DNA of 64,000 nt from Lophium mytilinum (Eukaryota). The translations under genes were made by a program, and so were the position numbers. The notes beneath the pieces were generated by a model. That model did not search any database. It saw only the letters and a program-made list of their open reading frames with translations, and was not told where the DNA came from. Shown one piece after another: positions 1 through 12,789 of this stretch; within the stretch, counting starts at the first letter, position 1; the number at the start of each line of letters is the position of its first letter. The stretch is from NCBI GenBank assembly GCA_010093605.1, contig MU004181.1:3348001-3412000 (forward strand). Reading direction: 5' to 3'.

Positions 1-197
1 TGGACGAAGGTGGTGTATAAGGTAGGTTCCGTGCTCTCGGGAAGGTAACTAAGTATGATCCTAAGTGTAAGCTGAGGATTGAAGGCGTCTTTCCGGGATA
101 TCGTTAATGTGCGGAGGGCGGTGATGTTGGCTTCCGTGGCATATTGCACCGCAAGGAGGACGATTCGAGGCACGGAGAGCCTCGCAGCTTCAGCCAT
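1..197 (-). CDS. SEC39: Sec39-like Dsl1-complex tethering subunit, N-terminal part (runs off the window edge)
   Basis: Manual translation from ATG at 197 gives MAEAARLSVPRIVLLAVQYATEANITALRTLTISRKDAFNPQLTLRIILSYLPESTEPTLYTTFV, open to the edge. The LLAVxxA...LRIILSYLPES pattern matches my recollection of fungal Sec39 N-termini. Not in the supplied ORF track. Confidence 0.7.
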   Translation of the reverse strand, partial: MAEAARLSVPRIVLLAVQYATEANITALRTLTISRKDAFNPQLTLRIILSYLPESTEPTLYTTFV

Positions 198-1028
198 GGA
201 CAACGATCTGAGGCAGGATTACTGGGAAGAGTGGTGGGGCATGTCGTGAGGAGAGAGGCCACATAGGTGGAGAGCGGTGTCGATAATGGAGCTTGATGGA
301 TTTCTTGGGCGCGTTCTAGGTTCGTGATGCGCGCTGGCTTACTAGCGTCTGACGTTTTAGCTATGTGGGGTGAACACTGCTCATTGCGCTGCGGTGCGCC
401 TGGGCGCCACTAGATAGCCAATCTGATCTGCCTCATCGATCACGTTCGATTTGAATGCTGTAATTTCACCTATCAAGGGCAGATTGATATAAGTCCCTCA
501 GATGCGAATTCCACAACAGATGTTGTAGATATAAGTTGGAAAGATTTGAAGGGCTCCATGAGACATTTCGACATCAGAATTGATTTTAGTCACGAGGTTA
601 AGCAATCAGATGCTTGTTTTTGTTGTGTTCTGAGGGAATGAATCCAATCCCCTTCAACGGACCCTCTATCTCAGAGCCAATTCATTACAAACATGCTATG
701 CTAAACTCAGGTATGCACCTACAACGCCAACGCTTGCGCCGAATGCAGTGAAGAGAAAGAAGAAAGGCCAGCGATACCGCGCCTTCGTCTGCCTGCAAAC
801 GATATCTGGAACGTCATGGAAAAGGAGTGAAGTAAGAGCCGTCAGGGATGAAACAGAAATCCACAAATCCCTCGCGGGCATGGAAAGCGAAAAGAAGGAA
901 ACACAGGAAAGAGAGTCATCTGTACATAAACCCGCCTTGCAGGTTGTCGTCGCAACTCCTCTAATCTGGCATCGGTTTCAACGTGGTGCTGCTCACACCT
1001 TACCTCTGAAATCTTTCACCACAACATC

Positions 1029-3376
1029 TCATGAATTTGGACCAGTAGTCGTTGGTTCAACCGAGAGGACAGGCAGACTTGGCTCGGAGGCTCGCCGTTG
1101 ATTCTCTATTTGCTCCGGAGTCGGCTCAGAAAGAGTAGGCAGAGGTGGTGTCGTCGTTTGCCCAGAGGTTGTGGGTTGAGCTTGCGTTCCATTCGTCGCT
1201 GCCTGTGTGTCTGCGGCGCTACTCTCTGCGGAGTTGACTGTTACCGCACTTCCAGCAGCCAGCTCTCGTTCCTTCCTCTCCTCTTCCTCTGCCGCCGCCT
1301 CTACTTCTAACTTGTCCTGAGCTTCCTTCTCAATAGATTCCTTGCAAAGATTGCATAGTAAGATGCCGCAGTAGCCACACTCGTACGCGAAGCTGAAAGG
1401 AGGATACGTGATCTCGGAACGGAACGTGAACTCGGTTGGAAACGCGTTTGTCTTCTGTGGAGCTGATACTGAGAGCGTCGTGGAAGCAGAGTTCGCAGTT
1501 ACAGACGGATGCAAGCTCGTAGACCCAGAGTTGTTTCCGGAAATAGACATAGAACGTTCTGCAGTATAAGAATCACCGTCAGTCATGATGACATCGCCAT
1601 ACTCGTCCACAAAGACTTGCGGAGAAGCAGGAGAGTTACCAGGATCGGAGGCATTGCCAACCATCAGGTTACCCAAAACGCGATCGAGGTGCCCTTGTAG
1701 GCCTGAATTTCGGTGTCCTGTTCCCAGCGGGGTGTGGGTTCGACCGGGCGTGGGCCCCCGACGCGATGCGCGGTCTCTGCCTTGAGCCCTAGATTCCTCA
1801 GGGCGGTGGTAGCCTCCAACCATGCGTACCCTCCCAGCGTTTCCCATTTTCTTTGGCAGGGCGATTTCGGGGTAGACGGTAGCCCAGCAACGGCAACACT
1901 GCATACCCGACACTTGATACTCTTCCTTCAGACGCTGCTCAAAATCGACCTTTGCAGTCTCGAGACGATGCTCACATTGCCAGGCCCGATCAGGCGGCTC
2001 TTCAGCTGGTTCCGATCCAAAGTTTGCGTGTCTAGCATCCCAGTACTCGTTCGAGGCGATATCCAGATTGATAGCTCGTCCATTTATAGTCCCGGCAACA
2101 ACGAGCGGCACAAGCGGCGCAGCATCCGCACCCTCCAAAGATGCTTTAGTCGCTCGTTCACGTTCCAACTCTTCAATTTCATCGGCATCATAGTCATCGT
2201 TCTCCTCTTCCTCCGGCTCGTAACAATTACCTCCGCACTCATCCATGGGCACTAAACACCACCAGCAGAATTGCGCTCCACAAAGACATTGCATATGATT
2301 GCATCCCATCATGCGCCGGACACCATTTCCGCATTTGGGACACTGCTTGTAGCCCCATCGCTTGAGAGCTGCGGCGGTTTCCTTGTCGACGCCGAAATCG
2401 AGTAGCTGGCAGGGAGTTCCAGGGTGAGCTGACTGGCGACATCTGGCACAGGCGTCATGGTTACACTTCGGACAGGACACCTGAACCTCTTTTGGCGTAC
2501 CAATAACGGAGTCAACTCGTGCCTTGCCTTTCTTGATAGTATCGGGTGGGACAACAGGCAACGATCGGTTGGAAATGAATGCAGAACATGTAGGGATAGG
2601 GCAGTACATAGGCTTTGGCGTGCTCCATTCTTCATACTTCTCCCTGAGGCGATATGAGTCTGGAGTTTGGAGTAGACTTCTCGGCTTCGAAAGATCACTT
2701 ACCTGTACAGTTTGGCTTCATCGGGGGACAGCATTGGAAGCGCGACATGGAGCTGGAGAATGCTACAGCATTTCGGGGGCATTCTAGTGGTGTCTTTGCA
2801 TGCTTTGATGAACATTCCTTTCACGCAGCTCTTGCAGTAGTCGCTGTGGCAGAGACGACATGGGCGGACGGCAGGTCCAGCGGGTTTGTCGATAGCAAGC
2901 TCTTCGGTGCAGATTATGCAGCGAGGCTCAAGCTTTTTGATCGGAGGCAAGACCGCAGCGGGAGGATCAGGCTGACCTAGCGGCGCTGGCGGAGAGATAG
3001 CTCCGGCTGGCAGCGGTGGAGGCGGTGGAAGCGACATGTCTGCGGCAGCTTCAGGTTCACGAGGGAGTTCTTGAAGGAGGTGAGTTAGATGTGATGGAAA
3101 GCGGCAATGATGATGTGTACCGTTGAGGCCGTTTTCGCCAACGTCTGCATGCGCTCGTAGAAGTGGCGGCACGGGGCGCTCGGTGGGCGGAGTCGGGGAC
3201 GTGTCGGAGATGTCCATAGACGTGGGTGAATTGGTGGTTGTGGACGGTAGCGACGTGGGGCGCTGTTCGTGGGATTGGATGTTATTGGAGTCTTGCGGGC
3301 TGGATGTCATCCGGTCTGGGTCAGAGCCAGCGCGGGCTTTCCGCCGGTCGACTGCTTTGGAGAATCTGGCGCCCAT
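1029..3376 (-). CDS. RBR (RING-IBR-RING) E3 ubiquitin ligase, 2 exons
   Basis: ATG 3376 (MGARFSK). Intron 2702..2644 (GTAAGT...CAG) joins ...EAKLYR to EKYEEWSTPKPMYCP. RING1 CIIC...CRLC..YCKSC...PPKCC; IBR CPIPTC...CPKC...CARC...H...C; RING2 CPKC...GCNHMQCLCGAQFCWWC with the catalytic Cys in GCNH. Confidence 0.92.
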
Positions 3377-6300
3377 GGTTGCGGTTGATAGTCGAGTCTG
3401 AATGTATAGCGCGGCCAGGCACAACATATAAGGCGTCGACGGGACCGAGAAGAGTCACAACACGATCTTGAGTCAGGCCATCTGGCTCGGGAAGGCTGAG
3501 ATGTGGGGAACGCTTGGAGACTCCCTATGCGCTGCGGCCGGCAGGCTGAGACGGTTGCCTGCAGAAGTCAATCAAATCCACGGAAGGCTGAGGCGGCCGT
3601 CCAAGGGTGTCTCTGGATACCGTCCTATCAGGATCCGCTGTATGTGTCCAAGGGCGAGGGGCTCTTCTCGGCAGCAGGCTACATACAGATGGCCAGGACG
3701 TCAATACATGGCATCATTGCACTGGCTGCTCACGACGGCTCCCGATGCCATTGGCTAACTCTACCCATCAAGCAGATAACACCACCACCTCCCAAACTGG
3801 CTGTCTACAGGATTCAGGATCGAGTTGTCAACTTACTCTGCAATGGGCGATGCCGGCGGAATAGTGCAGCTCTACTACACAGTCATAACGATGCCTGCTT
3901 CGGGAGGGGCCTAACTGTTGACGTTGACACGAAGCCAATCATTCCCCGCAATTACGCACAGCCACCGCGTAGGAGACCTAGCGCCACTGCTAGTAAATCT
4001 ACCCAGGTTGAGGGCCGCCCTTTCTCGTGACTCCTCCTTCTGCCCTTTTGCTCACGGCTTCGAACGTCTTGAAGTACGCTCAACTCTTGATGCTTGCAGT
4101 TCCTCGGGTAGATACGGCAAATCCGAGTGCCTCAGCTCTTTCTGCAATGAGAAAGCTCGCAGGTGCACCAGTTCTGAATGTAGTCTAGCGTTCTGCCAGG
4201 CTGCAACTTCGAGACATCAGCCACACAGCCTCGTTCATAACACTCAAACAACTGCGAAATAAGATAGTCGGGGACTTCCTTCCTCGAACTTTCCGAATGT
4301 TGCTCGTTGCAACGAGGTTCAAAGTAGTACGCTACGTAGCCACTGTTTGATGCTCCCCTGCACGTATATCGAATCTGATACCGCGAAACTTGAGCGTGGA
4401 CATAACGAAACTGAGTCTTTCAAACCCTCTCTGCATCCAGAGAGCCATATCGAATATTACTTCAACTTCATTAACTGTCTCGCTCCATCGCAGTAATCTT
4501 GATCCGCAACGCAAATATTTCTTTCTGTCCTCTTCCGTTTTCCAACTCACTTATATATGGCGGATGACTGTGCTGACTGGAACGAGATCTTCTTTCTCAG
4601 TCTTTCTAGGCAAATCGATGGTGCGCCATTGGAATCGGCATTTTGCTTTGTTAGCCATCACCTGGAATGCTCTCTGGTTGGCGTAATCAACTTACTCGAA
4701 AGCCCGATGAAATTCTCAGCATGAAGACGCTCCATACGCGCCTTCAACCAAATCGGTGGTTTACGACTCAGCAATACAACCAAAAGGTGCAGCAACTCAA
4801 TCGTCTCGTTGCCCTTATCACTGCCTCCTGATCTATACATATGCAATAGACCTGACTGCGCTGCAATCCGGGAAACTTCCGAACGCCACAAGCAAGACTA
4901 AAGTAGCCGGGACGGGTTTCATACTCGCTTCGGTGCACTAGAAACAGCCGCCCTTAAGACCATTAAACTTTATGCAGGCTCACGCCCACTTTCGCCGGAG
5001 CCCCACTACGCCTGCCAAGGGTGCACATGTGTTCCGGAGGCGACGGGAACAAGTGCAACACGAACCGCTGCGATGCACTAGAGACGGAGTAATTGCGATT
5101 GGGTAGCTGAGCGAGGTGAACGCTCTGGCTAGTCCAAAGGCTTGTGATACATCCACGCTGAGCCTCACATAGGCTGTCAAATAATCATCGACCCTCGTAG
5201 AAGGAGGTCTAGAATAGGTGTTCTGAATCGGGTAAATTATGAATGGAGGGAACGATCTAGGTACAGGTCCGGACTGTCTCGAAGGTCACAGAGGTACCCT
5301 TGTACCGATACTTATAGAGCATCTAGACTCGGCAACGAATCCTTCGCAAGCCATTCCTCGCTTCCTTGGGACGAGCCACAAGAACAACAGTGCTTATAAA
5401 AGCGCCTTCAAAACCAAAGCCCCTTGACGAACTTTTTTGGGGTCAGGTCCGCGCCGGGGAGGAGGCATGAACAGTAGTGTGCATGCTAGCTGGAATATGC
5501 CGAACGGTTTCTCGGTCGGGCATGCCGGCGGGTCGAGAGCGGGCACAGTCGGACGGTCGTCTGGTAGTCGCCTGTTCAATAGCAGCTCTGAAACGCGCAC
5601 GCTTCGTGCAGCACACACTCAGCGCAAACACCATCGGGAACGAGGTGCACTGCTCGCCATGGGCCGGGCATGTTCGCCGATCGTGCTCCATGGCGATCCG
5701 GAGCAAAGTCGATTATCTCGTGATCTTCGACCCACAGATCGGCCGTCTGACAAGGCTGTTGCATCTCAGCTCTGCTATCGTGGAGATCGTCCAGATGCCG
5801 CTGTGCCACTCTTTACAGACGCGGGACCAGTTGCCCACCAACCCCCCAAAAAGCAGGAGAGTCATGTTCATTGACCCAGGGTCCAGCTTGAATCACGCGG
5901 CGCTGGCCGAGATCCTCAGGTATCCGGCTAAGGGCCGTCCCCCTCCCGCCGGAATGGTATGGACGCGCCCTGACGAGCCAAGCAATTCCCAGCCGCGTCC
6001 ACGGCTGGCGCCATTGTTGCCACACGCCTCCATCGCCTTCATCGCCAAGCACTATTAGGTACTGAGTTCCAGGGTTCGACGCTGTGACGCTACATGCGCC
6101 GATATTCGTTGCTCGTCTCTCCCTGGAGCAATTAGTCCGGAAAGCAGGCACGCAGGGCATTTTCCGTCTTTCCACAACTCCTATCTCCTAGGATCTCTCG
6201 TGTCCAGGCTGGCGGTACCTGGGTGCTGCACGCGTAGTTGCAACAACATGTCGAACTCAAAGGGGGAGAGTGGGGGACGAGGCCCTCGGTACGCCGACAC

Positions 6301-6871
6301 GAGCTAGGAGCCGCATCAACGGCGTGGCGCGATCCAACACCGGACCCAACCTTCGAAGTCAATCCCATGCCATCCTGAGTCGTGGTGGCTCTAGCTGGCC
6401 GAAAGTCCCCCCTCGGTATCCTTGCAACAGGGCATCTTGCCATTGTCTGTCCAATCTAATCGCATACTGTCGTCCCATTCACGGCTTTTCCCTCCCAATG
6501 CCGTTCCACGCCATTGTCGTCCTGAGTCGCACCCTCCGCTCTCGACTCCATCTCTCTGGTTCCCGCCATCGAGCGAGGCCTGCATTGCGCGACCATTCCT
6601 GTTGCTGGCTGGCTGGTGCAGCGAGATGCAACAGGACCTCCGTCTCTCCACCATGTCGTCTAGCACGAGGCTACATCCTTATCCTGTCCCCATTTTTTTG
6701 TGCCTAGAGACACCATGACTTGCAAGGAGTCGTGGAGCCTGTCTCCTGCAATAAAACCCTGTGCACCTCCCCTACTGCCGCCAGTGAGCACATCTTGACT
6801 TCTTACATCAGTACTCTCCCTCCCTAGCTTCTGCGTCTCTGCGCGTACACTCGGTGCGCCTGTCTTTCAAC

Positions 6872-8326
6872 ATGCACGCACTCAAAGTGGAGTCATGGTG
6901 CTGGTACGGTGTCGTGGTGATCTTCGTCTTGGCCCGGCTGTAAGTGCCCTCCAGCGCCAAAATACTCCAAGACTCGTACTCATGAATACAGCGTGTCTCG
7001 AACAATGTTATTGGGCTCTGTGAAACGACTGCAAATCGACGACTATCTTATGACGTTTGCGCTTGTGAGTGACCATTTCGCCGAGAGTATGATACTCATA
7101 CTGAGCACATTTTTTCCAGTGTACCTACACCGCGCTGGTAGTCACCTTGAACATCTCTGCGGATTGCGTCAGCAACCTCATTGATCCCTCTCTGGTTCCC
7201 GCTTTGTCGCAACAAGAGATTCGAGACAGGCAGTATGGCAGCAAAATGGGTCTTACGGTCGAGCAGCTGCAATGCGGTACTTTGTGGATCGTCAAAGCTT
7301 GCTTGTTATTCATGTACGGCCGGTTGACGTGAGTTATCCCATCCGATGCTTTAGACTTGTCGCTGACTTGCATAGCATGAGCTTGAAGCAAAATGTAGCT
7401 GTCAAATGGGTTGCTGGTTACACTGCCTTCTCGTTCGTTCTCATGGAGATCCTCTACTATGGTGTCTGGTGCAGACCATTCCGAGGCTACTGGATGGTGC
7501 CGGCGCCGAGCAGTATGTATAAATGTGGACCATCATTGAGTGATTCTAACAAACTCATAGTTCAATGCTCCGCCGTTATCAATCATCTCATTACGCAGGC
7601 TGTCCTCAACATCTCCTCTGATCTACTCATTATTATGATTCCTATGCCACTGCTTATTCAAGCTCAACTGCCCCTCAAGAGGAAGGTCATTCTGTTCGCT
7701 ATTTTTGGTCTTGGCTTCTTCGAAGTAAGTCTTAAAAGATGCTTTAAAAGCCAGTAGTCCATAACTAACCCACTTACCTCCAGATCCTTTGCGCTATCCT
7801 CACCAAGGTCTACAGCTTCACAGAGCCATTCGGCGTAAACTGGGTTTTCTGGTACATCCGCGAGTCCTCAACCGCCATTATCGTCTCAAACGCGCCATTT
7901 ACCTGGACACTCCTCCAACGCATGATACCTCGACTCAAGTCCTTTGCCGGTCGGTCCACTGGCGAGAAATACAGCGTCTCTCGCCCAGGCGTTAGCGGCA
8001 CTATCAGCGGTCGCAACCGGAACACATACCTTCAACACAAAGATCACCCCTCCACCGGAGCCACCAGCCGGCTCGATCGCGATATTGAGCGAAGCGAAAG
8101 CACAGAGCGTATCCATGGCGGTGGGGGGGACGTCCCGCTTGAGATCTGGCATCGGACTGAGATGACTGTGTCCGATAATAAATCGCCTAGCGGAGACAAG
8201 GGTCCGATCGTCACTATCGAGCCAGCTGGAAGGCTGCCGCAAAGGAAGAGGAGCGATGATCTCAGTAGTTCAGACGATAAGAGCATCGACATGGGAGTTT
8301 CTACTACAATCGCCGGGCGGCGGTAG
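6872..8326 (+). CDS. PTH11-like (fungal rhodopsin-domain) integral membrane protein, multi-exon
   Basis: ATG 6872 MHALKVESWCWYGVVVIFVLAR; intron 6940..6991; then ...LQIDDYLM..., WIVKACLLFMYGRLT, WCRPFRGYW, NISSDLLIIMIPMPLLIQAQLPLKRKVILFAIFGLGFF and WYIRESSTAIIVSNAP. These are typical PTH11-type transmembrane motifs. Confidence 0.88.
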
Positions 8327-9571
8327 CCGACTTGTTTCCTTCGTCTGCCACTCATATTCTCGAATTACATTTCTTGTTCTCTAACTTCATGTAAAGTCCT
8401 ACCTAGACTTCCTTTTTTACGGCTTTGGGTGGCTACTGTCTGGAGTACGTGGTTCCTTTTTCTTGGGCTGATACCAATATCTGTCATGCGTTCGAGCCTC
8501 GTCTCGTGTTGGATGCTGTAAATCATCACTGGGGAATTATGTTTATGAACTCAAAATCTTTGGAAACTTTCATTGGCTGTATGTCTTTCCGCTGCTCGTT
8601 CCCTTCTCTCATGCCTCACCAAAGAAACCTTCTCCGGATACCCAGGCTCATTGCGCCACACCTACCAGAAACAAGCAGGAGAACTTGTTGGTCATATCTG
8701 TGTAGGGGGATCAGAAAACCGGGACTACCAAGCTGTCATTTCAACAATACTATACCTTCGTCGCAATCATGCCATTTGGACACCATATTTACGTATTCCA
8801 AAGGACTCGGCATCGGGACCATCTTCTACGTCGGACGGAACGGGCTCAAAATATTGCCCTTGAAATTTCGAACCCGTCCACGCCATCTTAATGCTCAAAG
8901 CCGAAACGGAAGTTTCAAAAAGGAGCACGCAGCACTGGAAGCACGCCTGAACCTACAACAGGATATAACGGCAGGCGCCTGTCAGCATAACCAAATACAT
9001 GAGCAAACAATCTCCAACATGGAACCGTGTACGGCGGTGGAAGGAGGACTAGAAGCTATACAGTTTGTAGCTGTCCCACAAGTGTGGGTTGAAGGGGATA
9101 AGAACTGTCCGGGATACAGCGCAGAATGCGCAAAACGAGCGCAAGTAGAAACGGAGGAAGAGGAGGAGAGTAAATCCAGAGCGGAGATATAGAGGCAGGA
9201 GATATCTGAAAGAATGATCAGAAGGGAATTTGCTAGTGATTAGTGAGGTGAGAAAGAATCTGAAGACGGCGACGAGTATGAATGGAGCGCGTACGAATAG
9301 GAAACTTTTTGATGAGCTACTCGGTGCCTAAATGAGTAATTAGTATGCGAAGGGTCACTCAGCATGCGTCATCATCACTGACAAGTCAAGTTGCAGCCAA
9401 CATGTTCTTATAAGATGTCAAAAAAGTAGATCCGCCCACCTGCAGCGGTGTAAGAAATGGGCTCGTGCCAGTCTAGATTGCATCTAAATTCCTAAGGAAA
9501 GGCTTACTTCAGACGCATAAAGCTTAAACTTGCTTCTCTAGCCAAGATACACCACATGAACAGCGTAGATG

Positions 9572-9779
9572 GCACGTGATGAGATACCTGTTCGGGCAGG
9601 TCTTGGCAGTGCGCAAAAGGCGTGGAAGGCGGAGAGGGTTGCGTCAAAATTGTAGGGCGGTTTAACTGAACCCTGAACCCCCCGTTAAACCGTCGAGGCA
9701 ATTTGGGCGCAACTTTCTCGGCCTTCCACGCCTTTTACGCACTGCCAAGACTTGCTCGAACAAGTATCTGATCACGTGC
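9572..9779. repeat. Long imperfect inverted repeat (fold-back): ~95-bp arms and a 17-nt loop
   Basis: Left arm 9572-9666 versus the reverse complement of 9684-9779 shows about 10 mismatches over the outer 79 nt, including near-perfect GTCTTGGCAGTGCG(C/T)AAAAGGCGTGGAAGGC. Loop is TGAACCCTGAACCCCCC. Confidence 0.95.
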
Positions 9780-9854
9780 AGCCCTCGGTGTCAAGATCCG
9801 ACTCACCTTTCAAGCTTCAACATCCCCATGTCATACAAGTAGTAATACCCCACC

Positions 9855-10490
9855 ATGCAGCGTCCACGCAACCGCCAACCCCGCGATTCCAACTCCAGCT
9901 CCCGAGGACGTCAAAACCCCCGCGGAGGAGGGCGCCCCTCCCACCACCATCCCCCACGATCCTACAACTCCTCTAGCTCTGTGCCCTCCTTCTCCGCCCT
10001 CGCCGCTGGCACCCCTGTTTCCATCGTTTTAAAAATCGATCAGCCTACCGGGCACCAGGTCCGCGGTATAGTGGCGGACCTGCTGACGCGGGGCGATCAT
10101 CCCCGCGGCGTAAAAGTGCGGTTGCGAGACGGGCGTGTAGGGCGAGTGCAAGGGCTTGTTTCGGTTACGGAAGGAGAGGCAGGGGAGGCGATAGTGGGCG
10201 GTGTTGGGGCAAAACTGGGGCGGGATGGTGAGAATGATAGGATAAGTGGAAGAGGTGGGCAGTTCAAGTATACGGATGTGCGGGAAGAGGAGGATGGGGA
10301 ACATGAAGAGAGGGTGAGCAGTCTGGCGGATTATTGTCCGCAGCTGGCACAGTTGGAACAGAGGGAGAACCTTCAGGTGGAAAGGGGTAATCTGGGCGTC
10401 GAGAGCGTGACGGCAACGTGTCCGGTCTGTGGGGAGTTTGAGGGCGATGAGGTGGCTGTGGCACATCATGTTGAGGAACATTTTCGGTGA
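9855..10490 (+). CDS. YwbE/DUF2196-family protein with C-terminal UBZ-type zinc finger
   Basis: Single 211-aa ORF. GTPVSIVLKIDQPTG...GIVADLLTRGDHPRGVKVRLRDGRVGRVQ is the YwbE signature. C-terminal CPVCGEF...VAHHVEEHF is C2H2/UBZ4-like. Confidence 0.85.
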   Translation: MQRPRNRQPRDSNSSSRGRQNPRGGGRPSHHHPPRSYNSSSSVPSFSALAAGTPVSIVLKIDQPTGHQVRGIVADLLTRGDHPRGVKVRLRDGRVGRVQGLVSVTEGEAGEAIVGGVGAKLGRDGENDRISGRGGQFKYTDVREEEDGEHEERVSSLADYCPQLAQLEQRENLQVERGNLGVESVTATCPVCGEFEGDEVAVAHHVEEHFR

Positions 10491-10938
10491 AAGAATATGG
10501 CGCTATGCAATGGATGCTGCAAACTATCGACGACATGACACCTCACAAGGCCCACCATTCGGGGCAATGAGGTAAGGAAGGAAGGAAGAATTCTACGAGG
10601 TACCCACAGGTGGCCTCGCTTTCCTGATGAGATACGGGCCCTGGGCTTCACGCGCAATCAAACGAGTACCTGAGGATGACTCGCTCCATGCCCACTATTT
10701 TCAAAGGATCAACCCAGGATATCAAACTTGAAAGGAGTGGTTCATATGTCTTCAATGGCTTGTAAATGCGGAGCAACGAGCTCGGCTTCACTTCAAAAAT
10801 CGCAATGTTCGAATGTACTGAAGCATTCTCCAACAACGAAATGGCAAGGTAAACCGGGAAATTATACAGTTGCTCCTAAAACCTCACAAAACAATATTTT
10901 CCCTCTTTATTGGAAACCTACCAAAACGTACAGTCTTC

Positions 10939-12637
10939 CTACAATATATATCGGAAACTCTCTTGTTCCCAATCGGTTTCATCCAATCCAAAGGATGGCA
11001 ACCCAACAACACCCTCGCCCCCTTTCTTCTTCGGCTCCACCTCAACGACAACACCTTGTAGTCGGTCCCTACGCTTGTTTTCCCAATCCATATATTGTCG
11101 AAGTGTCATAATCGTCAAAATACCCAAGCATAGACAAATCATATACGTTTTACATCCAGTCCGATAAAACGGCGCCTCTTTTGCAAGAAAGACCTGCGGA
11201 CCGGCGATATTACCAGCACAATACGCCAAGAACAGGATTCCACTGGTGACAGTCTTCTTAGTATATCCTGCAACATCGCTGGCAATCATGCTCAAACTGA
11301 GAGGGAACGCTGCGGCATACGCGCCGAATATAAACACCCCGAAGAGCTTTGCGCCAACCTGGTCCTGCGGGAGGTAGCCGACGAGTGCCCACCCGAGTAG
11401 AGAGATGCAAAGGAGGACGGCGATGATGATACAGCGGGATTTTCGGAGCTTGGAGGTTAGGTAGGAGGACGTAAGGACCATAATGACCTGGCAAGCGCCC
11501 TGGGGCATCGTAAGGAGGAGGGTGTCCAATTGGCCGTACTTGAAGCCCTTTATGATGAGGGACGAAAACTATCGAGTGTAAGCACGCGCAGGAGACCGAA
11601 TTCCGGGCGATACTTACGTTGGTGTAGCCGCCGTTAGGCATGCTAGTAAAGATTGTATAGAAGAACAGAAGCCAAGTCTTGGGATCCTTCACTGCCTCGA
11701 TAGCTTGAGATCGCTTCCAGACATTTGACTTAAAGCTATGCGTCTGTTTCTGAGGTCGGCTGTGAGCAATCTCACGCTCGTGCGGCGTCAGCCACCTCGC
11801 CTTCAAGGCGCTGTCCGGGAGGAAGAACAGGATCACTCCAGACCATGCAAAGGTAATGAGGCCAAAGATGATGAACATCCACCTCCAAGCCGCCAACACA
11901 CCATCCGTGTACCCAATAGCATACGCCAAGAGACCACCGATGATAGCAGCAGTGCCATTCCCCGCAAACCAGATGCCATGACGCCAACCATGCTCGGAGG
12001 GCTTGTACCACAGTCCAGTAATGAGACTGAAGCCAGGGCTGATGACACTCTCGAGAGCACCGAGGAAGAAGCGAATGGCCATGAGGCTCGCGAAGCTATT
12101 GACGGCGCCATGACAGGCAAGAATGATAGACCAGATGAATATGGTTGTGGCGAGGTACTTGCCGATTGGAAATTTGACGAAGCCGACAGAGCCTGGGAGG
12201 GAGGCTGTAAGGTAGCCGAAGTAGAAGATGCTACTGGCCCAGGAGTATTGTTGGCCGACGAGGTGCTGCGGTGGTGTCAGAATGGTAGTTGAGTGTTTGG
12301 GGTTCAAAGGGTGCGCACCGTGTCTTCTCTCAGTCCGTAGACTGCGGCATATCCGAGAGTGATCTTGTCGAGGTATTGAAGGGCGTATGTCATGAACATA
12401 AGCGGCATCAAGCTATCGTGGGTAAATTCAGTTCTATGGCTCTTGGCTTTCGGAGGGGTGTACGGCTTTGGAGTCAACATACTGGAGGTCAATCTTTCTC
12501 AGGATTCGTTTCTCTTCCTCGTCGATGATGACTAGGTCTACTGCACCCTGTTTCTCCTCATCGTGGGTTATGTCTGTTGTTGCAGCCATAGTGTCCTTCT
12601 CGAGGGCAGCATCTGAAGTTTGGATTGGGGTTGACAT
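10939..12637 (-). CDS. MFS transporter, allantoate permease (DAL5/anion:cation symporter) family, multi-exon
   Basis: ATG 12637. Motifs EEKRILRKID, LQYLDKITLGYAAVYGLRED, QYSWASSIFYFGYL, RFFLGALESVISPG, WRWMFIIFG, DPKTW, GYTKK, YCAGNIAGPQVF, DETDWEQESFRYIL. Confidence 0.93.
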
Positions 12638-12789
12638 CTCGAAAGTGATTTGAATCTTAGGTTTTTCTTGAATTTGAACATATCTCTTTAGAGCTTGCGT
12701 GTAATATATATCTTCTCGCGGCAACCTATGGCAATGCCTCGTTTGGCAGGTCACCATCCTCGTAGCCTTGTGGCAAAACCAACATTCCC

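Noticed and set aside
3500..6720. Many overlapping 60-190 aa ORFs between the RBR and PTH11-like genes
   Set aside because: No coherent exon chain or motif. Some minus-strand stretches (4000-4900) look faintly protein-like but are interrupted by stops.
8425..9192. 255-aa + strand ORF
   Set aside because: It starts at TTG, has no recognisable domain or codon bias, and overlaps the likely 3' region of the PTH11-like gene. A lineage-specific gene in its 3' half cannot be excluded.
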